A stretch of 64,000 nt of DNA from Escherichia coli (GTDB taxonomy: Bacteria; Pseudomonadota; Gammaproteobacteria; Enterobacterales; Enterobacteriaceae): the NCBI RefSeq assembly GCF_003790525.1, contig NZ_CP033635.1. One strand, 5' to 3'. The position numbers and the translations under genes are program-made. Shown here piece by piece: positions 11,066 through 22,495 of the stretch (positions are counted from its first letter, which is position 1; every line of letters starts with the position of its first letter). Under the pieces are notes generated by a model. That model had not been told where the DNA came from and made no database searches. It worked only from the letters and a program-made list of their open reading frames with translations.

Positions 11066-12189
11066 TGCGCCATTTACGCAATATTTTTAATCTGGGTATC
11101 AAAGAGTTGCGCAGTTTGCTCGGTGATAAAGCGATGCTGACGCTGATTGTCTTCTCGTTTACGGTGTCGGTGTATTCGTCAGCGACCGTTACGCCAGGAT
11201 CGTTGAACCTCGCGCCGATCGCCATTGCCGATATGGATCAATCGCAGTTATCGAACAGGATCGTTAACAGCTTCTATCGCCCGTGGTTTTTGCCACCGGA
11301 GATGATCACCGCCGATGAGATGGATGCCGGGCTGGACGCCGGACGCTATACCTTCGCGATAAATATTCCGCCTAATTTTCAGCGTGATGTCCTCGCCGGA
11401 CGCCAGCCAGATATTCAGGTGAACGTCGATGCCACGCGCATGAGCCAGGCATTTACCGGCAACGGGTATATCCAGAATATTATCAACGGTGAAGTGAACA
11501 GCTTTGTCGCGCGCTACCGTGATAACAGCGAACCGTTGGTATCGCTGGAAACCCGGATGCGCTTTAACCCGAACCTCGATCCCGCGTGGTTTGGCGGGGT
11601 GATGGCGATCATCAACAACATTACCATGCTGGCGATTGTGTTGACCGGATCGGCACTGATCCGCGAGCGTGAACACGGCACGGTGGAACACTTACTGGTG
11701 ATGCCGATAACGCCGTTTGAGATCATGATGGCAAAGGTCTGGTCGATGGGGCTGGTGGTGCTGGTGGTGTCGGGATTATCGCTGGTGCTGATGGTGAAAG
11801 GTGTACTGGGTGTACCGATTGAAGGCTCGATCCCGCTGTTTATGCTGGGCGTGGCGCTCAGTCTGTTTGCCACCACGTCAATCGGCATTTTTATGGGGAC
11901 GATAGCGCGTTCAATGCCGCAACTGGGGCTGCTGGTGATTCTGGTGCTGCTGCCGCTGCAAATGCTTTCCGGTGGCTCCACGCCGCGCGAAAGTATGCCG
12001 CAGATGGTGCAGGACATTATGTTGACCATGCCGACGACACACTTTGTCAGCCTCGCGCAGGCCATTCTCTACCGTGGTGCCGGATTCGAAATCGTCTGGC
12101 CGCAGTTCCTGACGCTGATGGCAATTGGCGGCGCGTTTTTTACCATTGCGCTGCTGCGATTCAGGAAGACGATTGGGACAATGGCGTAA
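11062..12189 (+). CDS. yhhJ: ABC-2 family transporter permease YhhJ
   Basis: Start taken at ATG 11062 ([18 protein letters not shown]...), overlapping the rbbA stop TGA; 375 aa, hydrophobic C-terminal half. Confidence 0.85.
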
Positions 12190-12200
12190 GGAAGGGAAAC

Positions 12201-12250
12201 TTGACTTCATATTGTGATGTCATACTATTGATGTCATAAAGTGAAGTCAT
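12201..12250 (+). promoter_or_regulatory. Putative sigma70 promoter and operator repeats of the HicA/HicB-like operon
   Basis: TTGACT (12201-12206), 16-bp spacer, TACTAT (12223-12228); inverted repeat TGACTTCA (12202-12209) / TGAAGTCA (12242-12249) and direct repeats TGATGTCATA; AAGGA SD at 12251-12255. Confidence 0.35.
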
Positions 12251-12305
12251 AAGGACATGCCATGAGAACCCTGGTACAGGCTTTACGGAAGAAACAAAAA
12301 ATACA

Positions 12306-12536
12306 TTGGATCAAATATTTAAATCTCCTGTTCCTCAAGGGATTAAGTGGTCTGATATAGAGTCACTGGTTAAAGCATTAGGCGGAGAAATTAAGGAAGG
12401 AAGAGGTTCGCGTTGTAAGTTCATACTAAATATGAGCGTTGCGTGTTTCCATCGGCCTCATCCGTCGCCAGATACCGATAAAGGCGCTGTAGAAAGCGTG
12501 CGTGACTGGTTACTAAGTATAGGGGTAAAACCATGA
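12306..12536 (+). CDS. HicA-like toxin (YcfA/HicA family); TTG start as drawn, possibly frameshifted relative to an upstream ATG at 12262
   Basis: Core IKWSDIESLVKALGGEIKEGRGSRCKF...FHRPHP...VRDWLLSIGV resembles HicA-family mRNA interferase toxins; stop overlaps the downstream antitoxin ATG (ATGA). See finding on the A6 tract. Confidence 0.55.
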   Translation: MDQIFKSPVPQGIKWSDIESLVKALGGEIKEGRGSRCKFILNMSVACFHRPHPSPDTDKGAVESVRDWLLSIGVKP

Positions 12537-12892
12537 TCAAACTGAAGACGCCAAACTCTATGGAGATTGCCGGGCAACCTGCTGTTATCACTTACGTGCC
12601 AGAACTGAATGCATTTCGTGGCAAATTCCTGGGCTTGTCAGGTTATTGTGATTTTGTCTCTGACAGCATTCAGGGGCTGCAAAAAGAAGGGGAGCTTTCC
12701 CTGCGAGAGTATCTTGAGGATTGTAAAGCTGCGGGTATTGAGCCGTATGCGCGTACAGAAAAGATTAAGACCTTTACATTACGCTATCCAGAATCGCTGA
12801 GTGAACGCCTTAATAATGCGGCTGCGCAGCAACAAGTCTCTGTAAATACTTATATTATTGAAACGCTAAATGAGCGTTTGAATCATTTATAA
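12533..12892 (+). CDS. HicB-like antitoxin with C-terminal ribbon-helix-helix DNA-binding domain
   Basis: 119-aa ORF; N-terminal HicB-like region (YxGxF...EDCKAAGIEP) and C-terminal RHH-like TLRYPESLSERLNNAAAQQQVSVNTYIIETLNERL; AGGGG SD; overlaps toxin stop. Confidence 0.65.
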   Translation: MIKLKTPNSMEIAGQPAVITYVPELNAFRGKFLGLSGYCDFVSDSIQGLQKEGELSLREYLEDCKAAGIEPYARTEKIKTFTLRYPESLSERLNNAAAQQQVSVNTYIIETLNERLNHL

Positions 12893-12941
12893 CTTATAGC
12901 GGCCCAACAATTTCTGTTGCGCCGCTATATTTTTGTGGCTC

Positions 12942-13802
12942 TTAAGATGCCTTTCTAATCAATCGATGCCCCTCATTCATCATCAGGATTTTGCTATACA
13001 CATCTTCCTCGACGGCATTTTTTGCTGATGCCATCACTCGTGCCAGATTCGCCTCGTTGTGATTATTCACATACGCTTTGCCGACGGCAGTGATAAACGC
13101 TTTGCGCAGATCGCTGGCGATATTCACTTTAGCGACGCGATAATTAACGAAACTGCGTAATATCTCCGGGGCGATACCGGAGCCGCCGTGAATAACCAGC
13201 GGCACCGGGCTGACTTCGGCAATGCGCTTCAGCAGGGGGATATCGATCCGCGGTATATCGTCCAGGCCATGAACGTTACCAATAGAAACTGCCAGCATGT
13301 CGCAACCGGTGCGTTCGACAAAGGTCTTCACCTTTTCCGGTTCCGTTTTGCAATCGGCTTCGCTGACGTGATCGTCTTCTTTGCCGAGAATCGCCCCCAG
13401 CTCCGCTTCAACCGGTACGCCATAGGATTTACAGAAATCGACAGCTTCCTGGGTGAAAGCGATATTCTCTTCAAAAGAGAATGCGGCACCGTCAATCATG
13501 ACCGAGGTAAAGCCCGCGCGCACCGCCTGTTTAACATCCTCCTGAGTTTTCCCGTGATCAAGATGAAGACTGACCGGAACATCCATTTTATCAGCGTGAC
13601 GTTTCACGATTTCATAAATGTAATCGTATCCCGACAGTTGTGCATTGGTGGGCGCAATCTGAATGAAGTTGGGTAATCCTGAACGCTCAATGGCGTTTAA
13701 AATTGAAATCGTTGTCTCCAGATTGGTGGTATTAAATGCGCCCGCTAATACCCGTTTTTCCTGAATGCGGTCGAGCAGTATCCGTCCATTAACTAATGGC
13801 AT
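12942..13802 (-). CDS. Class II ketose-bisphosphate aldolase (GatY/KbaY/FbaA family)
   Basis: 286-aa ORF with zinc-site motif SLHLDHG and GxxHG typical of class II tagatose/fructose-bisphosphate aldolases; last gene of the minus-strand PTS operon. Confidence 0.8.
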   Translation of the reverse strand: MPLVNGRILLDRIQEKRVLAGAFNTTNLETTISILNAIERSGLPNFIQIAPTNAQLSGYDYIYEIVKRHADKMDVPVSLHLDHGKTQEDVKQAVRAGFTSVMIDGAAFSFEENIAFTQEAVDFCKSYGVPVEAELGAILGKEDDHVSEADCKTEPEKVKTFVERTGCDMLAVSIGNVHGLDDIPRIDIPLLKRIAEVSPVPLVIHGGSGIAPEILRSFVNYRVAKVNIASDLRKAFITAVGKAYVNNHNEANLARVMASAKNAVEEDVYSKILMMNEGHRLIRKAS

Positions 13803-13833
13803 ATTGAAAACCTCATCTTTTAATATCAGTTAA

Positions 13834-14103
13834 TTATTCAGCTTCACCGAAGCGGTCGCGAAATAAGGTAGTGAGAGTTTGTATTGCCTCGTTTTCATCA
13901 TCACCTTCGCAGCGTATTTCCACCGTTTTTCCGCCTTTTATTCCGGCGCGCATAATATTCATCATGCTGGTGGCATTAATATCATTACCTTCATAATGCA
14001 GCGTCACTTTACAGCTATATTTTTTGGCGGCTTTCGCCAGACAGGCCGCCGGACGTGCATGCAGGCCAGTACTGTTTCTGACCTCCACGGTTTTACTCAA
14101 CAT
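13834..14103 (-). CDS. HPr-family phosphocarrier protein (operon-dedicated paralog)
   Basis: 89-aa ORF with active-site His15 context GLHARPA and HPr-like length; start overlaps the kinase stop by 11 nt. Confidence 0.8.
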   Translation of the reverse strand: MLSKTVEVRNSTGLHARPAACLAKAAKKYSCKVTLHYEGNDINATSMMNIMRAGIKGGKTVEIRCEGDDENEAIQTLTTLFRDRFGEAE

Positions 14104-15601
14104 AGTGCTCCTCCCGATGATGTAATGGCATCACGCCTTCTTGCTGTAATTTCAACTGATACCAGCTTTTCCATTTGTGCTGATAACGCTGTAATTGATG
14201 GTATCTCGCCCGATTCGGTAACAAACGTTGGGCTATGGTGACTTGCGGCGGTGGAATATCCGGTGCGGCGGTTAATAATGCTCCGACAGAAACCGCCTCG
14301 TTAAATGCAATTGCTTCAACCGGACGCTGTAAAATATCCGCCTTTAATTGCAGCCAAAGGGGATTACGGGTTGCCGGACCTATCACTTTTAACGCGCTGG
14401 TGCCGGGCACATTAAAACAGGCGAAGCAGTTGGCAAATTCCATGGTTAATCCCAGTGAGACGCTGGCAATTAACATATCGATATTTAACGTATCGCCAAG
14501 CCCATAAAATAATCCTCGGGTATGGCGATTTTTATAGGGCGAACCCGAACCGCGAAGATGCGGAATAAAAACGGGAATGTCATCGAGCGACCAGTTCCCC
14601 GCCAGGTAATCCGCATGTCCGCGAGTAAGTGATGCGGCGATCTCCTCATCGGTTAGCCGGAACGTGTTGCGCAGCCACTCCAGAGCGAAACCGCCCACCG
14701 GCAGCGACGCAAACAGGGTGAACTGGTTTGCAAGCGAATAACAGCCGTTTGCCAGCTTGTCACGTTTGGCATGTTCATCCAGCGTCGGTTGTGTATCCAG
14801 TTGCAGAATGCCTTCTGTGGTGCCCGTCGAGTTAAGGATATCGCCCGGCGTCATCTGCAACGCCCGCGCACCCACCATATGGTCATGCCCGGCCAGCGTC
14901 ACGCTGACCGGTTGCAAGAACCCAAGCGTTTTGCAGAGCGACTCGCTGACCCATCCGGCGTGCTCGCCTGGCTGCACCAATGGCGCAAATGCTGAACAGG
15001 GAACGTGTAACAACGCCGCCGCTTTCGCTGACCATTCGCCTTTACGCACGTCCAGACACAGCGTACGGCTGGCTAAGGTGATATCCGTACGCTGTTCGCC
15101 AGTCAGCCGCCAGAGCAGTACTTCCGGCGCATGTAGCCAACGCAGGCCGCGGCGATTACGCAGTGGATAATGCTCCAGCAACCAACGCATTTTGAAGGCA
15201 GAGTAATTGCTGTGCAGCGGTAGCCCGCAGATGTCATAAAGCGCCGCACTGTCTGCCTCACTAAGCGTTGCCAGGTACTCTTCACCGCGGCGGTCATACC
15301 ATGCCAGCATTGGCGTCAGGATCTCGCCATGCTCGTCAAGAAACACCCCTGACTCGCCAAAACTGGCAATGCTTATCCGCCTGACCGGCAGCGGCGAAGC
15401 GGCGCTCAGTTGCGCTATTGCCTGGCGGACCTCCTGCCAGAGGGCGTCGATATCGAAATCGACATCGCCCTGTGGGGAGATCTGTTTTGCCGTCACGAAT
15501 TTATGCGCGCCCAACGTCGTTGCATCCAGGCAGGAAAAGCAGGTGACTTTGCAATTGGTGGTGCCAATATCGATAACGATAGCTGCGCTGTTATCAGGCA
15601 T
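14093..15601 (-). CDS. FGGY-family carbohydrate kinase
   Basis: 502-aa ORF with FGGY N-terminal motif VIDIGTTNCK and two actin-like ATPase halves; overlaps the EIIC stop by 8 nt. Confidence 0.75.
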   Translation of the reverse strand: MPDNSAAIVIDIGTTNCKVTCFSCLDATTLGAHKFVTAKQISPQGDVDFDIDALWQEVRQAIAQLSAASPLPVRRISIASFGESGVFLDEHGEILTPMLAWYDRRGEEYLATLSEADSAALYDICGLPLHSNYSAFKMRWLLEHYPLRNRRGLRWLHAPEVLLWRLTGEQRTDITLASRTLCLDVRKGEWSAKAAALLHVPCSAFAPLVQPGEHAGWVSESLCKTLGFLQPVSVTLAGHDHMVGARALQMTPGDILNSTGTTEGILQLDTQPTLDEHAKRDKLANGCYSLANQFTLFASLPVGGFALEWLRNTFRLTDEEIAASLTRGHADYLAGNWSLDDIPVFIPHLRGSGSPYKNRHTRGLFYGLGDTLNIDMLIASVSLGLTMEFANCFACFNVPGTSALKVIGPATRNPLWLQLKADILQRPVEAIAFNEAVSVGALLTAAPDIPPPQVTIAQRLLPNRARYHQLQRYQHKWKSWYQLKLQQEGVMPLHHREEHYVE

Positions 15602-16952
15602 AAACCGTGCTCCGCGTCATTCGGAAAATGCCATACAGTACCAGGGCGATAACCGGCACCAGACCAATGGCGATGAGATTGCCGTTGAAGATTTCCAGCA
15701 GCCAGAAGCGGAACGGGTTACCGCCATCAAGGAAACTGGAAACCTGGCCGCTGGAGCCTTCGGCAAATTTGAAGTTAACGTCTTTCGCCATTCCGGTAAT
15801 AAACGGCGCGATTTTAGTGGCAATCCACAGGTCGGCAATAATCACCGGGATCGCCGCCAGAACGGTGCGGAAAATATTGCCACGGCTGGCTAAAGCAATC
15901 ATCGACGCCATTACCGCCAGGTTGGCAAGGTCACCAAGCGGCAGGACTTCATTACCTGGGAGGACAAACGCGATAAAGACCGAGATTGGCGTCAGCAGCA
16001 GGGCGGTGGAGATAATCGCCGGGTTACCTACGGCAACGGCGATATCCAGGCCGATATAGAGATCGTCACGGTCAGGGTATTTGGCATTGAGATACTTTTT
16101 AATGGCTTCAGACAGCGGTAATAAACCTTCCATCAGGATGCGTACCATGCGTGGCAGGATGAACATCACACCGCCAATGCTGATGCCAAGCAGCAAGACT
16201 TTTTTGAAATCGTATCCGGCAATTACGCCGAGCAGAATGCCCAGAATAGTGCCAACCATCATCGGTTCGCCGAAGATGCCAAACTTTTTCTGTACGGTTT
16301 CCGGGTCGATATGAATACGATTGAGGCCAGGGATATGGTCGATGATTTTGTCGACCAGCAGACCGACCGGGAAGAACACCACCGAAGAGAGCGTCGGCAA
16401 TGAGATCCCTTCCAGGCCAAAGTATTTTTGTACCAGTGGCGCAGACCAGTCGGCGAGTTTTAGCACCACCACTGCGGCAATCGCGGCCGCCAGCAAACCA
16501 AAGAACAGGCTGCCGGTGCTGTAATAAACCAGCGTACCGGCAAGGGCAAAATGCCAGTAGTTCCACATATCTACATCAACGGTGCGGGTTTTATTCAACG
16601 CCAGCATTGCGACATTAATCAGAATGGTCAGGGGAATAACAAACGGGGCAATTGGCGACCCCCAGGTAATGGCAGAAAGCGGCGGCCAGCCTAAATCCAC
16701 CACCGGTAAATTAATTCCGGTGCGTTCAACCATCGCCTGGGCCGCTGGCCCGACATTGCTGGTAAGAATATCGAAAATGGCATAAATACCGACAAAACCA
16801 ATGCCGACCGTTAATGACGAGCGTAAGGCTTTAGCGGGTTTTACTTTAAAACAGAGAGCAAGAATAAATAACACCAACGGCAACATTACCGTGGGGCCAA
16901 ATCCCAATATATATTGCACAATATTATAGAGGGTATGCGCGATATCGTTCAT
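15594..16952 (-). CDS. PTS galactitol-family EIIC permease
   Basis: Start taken at the internal ATG (MNDIAHTLYNIV...) preceded by AAGAGG; 452 aa, polytopic, collinear with GatC-type IIC proteins. Confidence 0.8.
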   Translation of the reverse strand: MNDIAHTLYNIVQYILGFGPTVMLPLVLFILALCFKVKPAKALRSSLTVGIGFVGIYAIFDILTSNVGPAAQAMVERTGINLPVVDLGWPPLSAITWGSPIAPFVIPLTILINVAMLALNKTRTVDVDMWNYWHFALAGTLVYYSTGSLFFGLLAAAIAAVVVLKLADWSAPLVQKYFGLEGISLPTLSSVVFFPVGLLVDKIIDHIPGLNRIHIDPETVQKKFGIFGEPMMVGTILGILLGVIAGYDFKKVLLLGISIGGVMFILPRMVRILMEGLLPLSEAIKKYLNAKYPDRDDLYIGLDIAVAVGNPAIISTALLLTPISVFIAFVLPGNEVLPLGDLANLAVMASMIALASRGNIFRTVLAAIPVIIADLWIATKIAPFITGMAKDVNFKFAEGSSGQVSSFLDGGNPFRFWLLEIFNGNLIAIGLVPVIALVLYGIFRMTRSTVYA

Positions 16953-17025
16953 AATAAACCTCTTTTTCAGGCGAGAGCGCACCTCGCGTTAGCGCCTGAT
17001 GGAGTGGGTTGGAATTAATTATTAA

Positions 17026-17307
17026 TTACTTTTTAAGAATCGAAACAATTTGCGCCAGCACTTTCTCTTCGCCAATACCGGTAATAATGGGTAAGCCGTT
17101 AACCACCGGCACGTCGAGTTCATAAGGCACTTTAGTCGTTGAAACAACCAGCGCTACGCCGTCGGTATTACCGGGTAAAGAGGCAACGTTGGTTTGGGAA
17201 TAATTGACGTTAAGGCCGTGCTCTTTGCAATACTCCATGACTTTTTCTGTTACCGCCGTGGATGTGGCAATACCTGTGGCGCAGACAAATAAAATGGTTT
17301 GACTCAT
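17026..17307 (-). CDS. PTS galactitol-family EIIB
   Basis: 93-aa ORF with N-terminal phospho-Cys context ILFVCATGIATS. Confidence 0.8.
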   Translation of the reverse strand: MSQTILFVCATGIATSTAVTEKVMEYCKEHGLNVNYSQTNVASLPGNTDGVALVVSTTKVPYELDVPVVNGLPIITGIGEEKVLAQIVSILKK

Positions 17308-17789
17308 ATTTCACCTCGTTCATTCATTTTGTTTAAGATTACTGTGTGTATTTCTGTTGTTTCCATCGTAAGCAAGGCTTGCATAAAGGGCGTATCCTGA
17401 ATCATCTCCATAATCCAGCCCAGGGCATTTAATTGTTTGTTACTTTCGCTTAAGGCGAGCAAAAAAATCACCCTGACAGGCACGGGATCAGGGTCGCCGC
17501 CCATATCGGCAAACTCTACCGGCTCTGGCAAAATACCGACGGCAATTGCATTGTGCCGGACATGTTTATGGTCCGTGTGCGGAATGGCGACGCACGGTGG
17601 TTCGGTAGGCAGCCCCGTTGGATACGTCGCCTCACGTTTCAGTACGTGATTGGCAAAATCAGGGACCACCAGCTCAGCAGCAACCAACGGTTGCGCTAAC
17701 TGACGGATGATCTGTTCAACGCTTAACCCTGCCGGAAGTCGTTGAATATAATTTTCCTGAAACTGTATGCCTTGCATTTTATTCCTCAT
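17304..17789 (-). CDS. PTS EIIA (mannitol/fructose-type EIIA-2 fold)
   Basis: 161-aa ORF with AIPH phospho-His motif; 4-nt overlap with EIIB start. Confidence 0.75.
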   Translation of the reverse strand: MRNKMQGIQFQENYIQRLPAGLSVEQIIRQLAQPLVAAELVVPDFANHVLKREATYPTGLPTEPPCVAIPHTDHKHVRHNAIAVGILPEPVEFADMGGDPDPVPVRVIFLLALSESNKQLNALGWIMEMIQDTPFMQALLTMETTEIHTVILNKMNERGEI

Positions 17790-17801
17790 AAAAAAGTGTA
17801 T

Positions 17802-18548
17802 TTAACTCACTTCCCGCCGTTGCAGCACGGTGCCCAGATAATATTTATTTCCTTTTAACCAGACGTTGCCAAACTCAACGGGTAACTCTCGGGAGAAAAA
17901 GACTAACTGCTCCAGATGCAAAACGGGTGCATCTTCACTGATATCTAAAAAATGACCGCGTTCATTACCAATTAATCGCGCGGCATAGCGACTTTCCGAG
18001 TAACGAATTTTTCTTTGCGACAAACTTTCTATTGTTGGAAATAAATTGTGTTGATTAAAATCGATTTCCACGATGCCGGGGCATAGCTCAATATTGATAC
18101 GGTTCTCTATCAGCATCGCTTTTTCATCACCAATTGAACGTAAACGCTCAAGGTAAAGAATATCCTGACCGGGCGTTATTCTTAATTTCTCTGCCACATA
18201 ACGATTAGCCGGTTCAATCCGTGACGTAATAACTTCAGTGGTAAAATGTATTTTCTGGCTTTCCAGCGATTCCGCGAATGACAATAATCCTTCACCTAAC
18301 GGATATGCCACGTTCTCTTTTTTGACAAAAGTTCCCTTCCCCTGGACCTGAATCAACACGCCTTCTTTTACCAGTTGGGCGACCGCTTTTTTAACGGTTC
18401 CCCGACTCACTTCCAGCATATCCATAATCTGGTATTCCGAAGGAATGCGATCGTCTTCCACCAGATCCCCGGTATAAATACTTTCTCTTATCCACTCCAC
18501 CACTTGTTGATAGAGCGGTATTTGTGACGACTTACTTAATGATTTCAT
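17802..18548 (-). CDS. GntR/HutC-family transcriptional regulator (HTH plus UTRA effector domain)
   Basis: Track ORF to 18557 (GTG); ATG at 18546-18548 (MKSLSKSSQIPLYQQ...) with AGGTG SD preferred. N-terminal GntR wHTH (SEYQIMDMLEVSRGTVKKAVAQL). Confidence 0.8.
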   Translation of the reverse strand: MKSLSKSSQIPLYQQVVEWIRESIYTGDLVEDDRIPSEYQIMDMLEVSRGTVKKAVAQLVKEGVLIQVQGKGTFVKKENVAYPLGEGLLSFAESLESQKIHFTTEVITSRIEPANRYVAEKLRITPGQDILYLERLRSIGDEKAMLIENRINIELCPGIVEIDFNQHNLFPTIESLSQRKIRYSESRYAARLIGNERGHFLDISEDAPVLHLEQLVFFSRELPVEFGNVWLKGNKYYLGTVLQRREVS

Positions 18549-18571
18549 GGCGCGCACCTGAACATTTACAG

Positions 18572-18585
18572 TTGTCTATGGACAA
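18572..18585 (-). promoter_or_regulatory. Putative GntR-family operator upstream of the PTS regulator
   Basis: Palindrome TTGTCTATGGACAA matching the GntR/HutC consensus, followed by a direct repeat GACAA; lies just upstream of the regulator start. Confidence 0.4.
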
Positions 18586-18746
18586 TCATGGACAACTTCA
18601 AGCGTATAGTAGGTGAACGGGAGAAAAAGAGGATCGAAGCGTCTCACATTTTGAGGGACCAAATCGTGATCAAAAAAATGTGACGTGAGTCGATATTTGG
18701 CAGGAATTTACTGCGCCGTCAGGAAATAACGGCGCGTGGGTAGGTG

Positions 18747-21550
<2,804 letters not shown>

Positions 21551-21554
<4 letters not shown>

Positions 21555-22495
21555 GCGTGGGCTCCTTCATGACGACGAATACGTGGGTCCAGCGCGGCGT
21601 TGAGCAAATCGACAATCAAATTACAGACCACAAAAACCACCACCATCATCAGCGTAAAGCACTGGATCACCGGATAGTCACGGTTGAAAATCGCCGACAC
21701 CGCATAGCGCCCGACGCCCGGCCAGGCAAAGATGTTTTCGATAATCATCGTCCCGCCAATCAGTTCGCCAATGTGCATCCCCACGGCGGTGATCATCGGC
21801 AGCGAGGCATTGCGCAGGATGTGGCGGCGTTCGGTCTGTTTGTCGTTCAGGCCGCGCAGTCGCGCCCAGGTCACATGACGCTGACCGGCGACGTCCAGCA
21901 TACTGGCGCGCAGCAGACGCGCGTTAATCGCCAGCGACATAAAAGCGATGGAAACCGCAGGCAAAATGATGTGCTGCCAGCCGCCGTAACCCATCGCGGG
22001 CAGCCATTGCAGATACACTGAAAATGCCATCACCAGTAAAAACGCCAACCAGAAGTTAGGCATCGACACGCCAAGAAACGCGATAAAACGCACGGCGAAA
22101 TCCGGCAGGCGGTCGCGATGGCGCGCCGCCCAGATGCCGAGCGGCACGGAAGTGAGCAGAATTAATACCAGCGCCGCACCCGCCAGCTCCAGCGTGGCGG
22201 GCAGGAAGGTCAGCATATCGTCCAGCACCGGGCGTTGGCTGGCGAATGAGATACCAAAGTCAAGATGCAGCGCTTTCCACAACCAGGTTCCGTACTGCAC
22301 GTACAACGGCTGATCCAGCCCCAGCATGGTGCGGGTAGAAGCCAGCATTTCCGGCGTCGGCGGCAGGTTAGACAGACGCAGATAATCGAGCGCCGGGTCG
22401 CCGGTGCCGAGGCGCAGCATCAGAAAAATGATCACCGAGGCGGCGAGCACCATCGGGATCAGCAGCAGAAAGCGGCGTAATACATAACGCAACAT
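21551..22495 (-). CDS. nikB: Nickel ABC transporter permease NikB
   Basis: 314-aa polytopic permease. Confidence 0.9.

Noticed and set aside
12262-12360. 32-codon ORF MRTLVQALRKKQKIHWIKYLNLLFLKGLSGLI as an independent small gene
   Set aside because: More economically explained as the true N-terminus of the HicA-like toxin displaced by a 1-nt change in the A6 tract (see finding).
18643-18683. Inverted repeat TCACATTTT ... AAAATGTGA between the PTS regulator and nikR, considered as a CRP site or nikR terminator
   Set aside because: Only a partial match to the CRP consensus (TGTGA-N6-TCACA) and no adjacent T-run in the right orientation; cannot be assigned from sequence.
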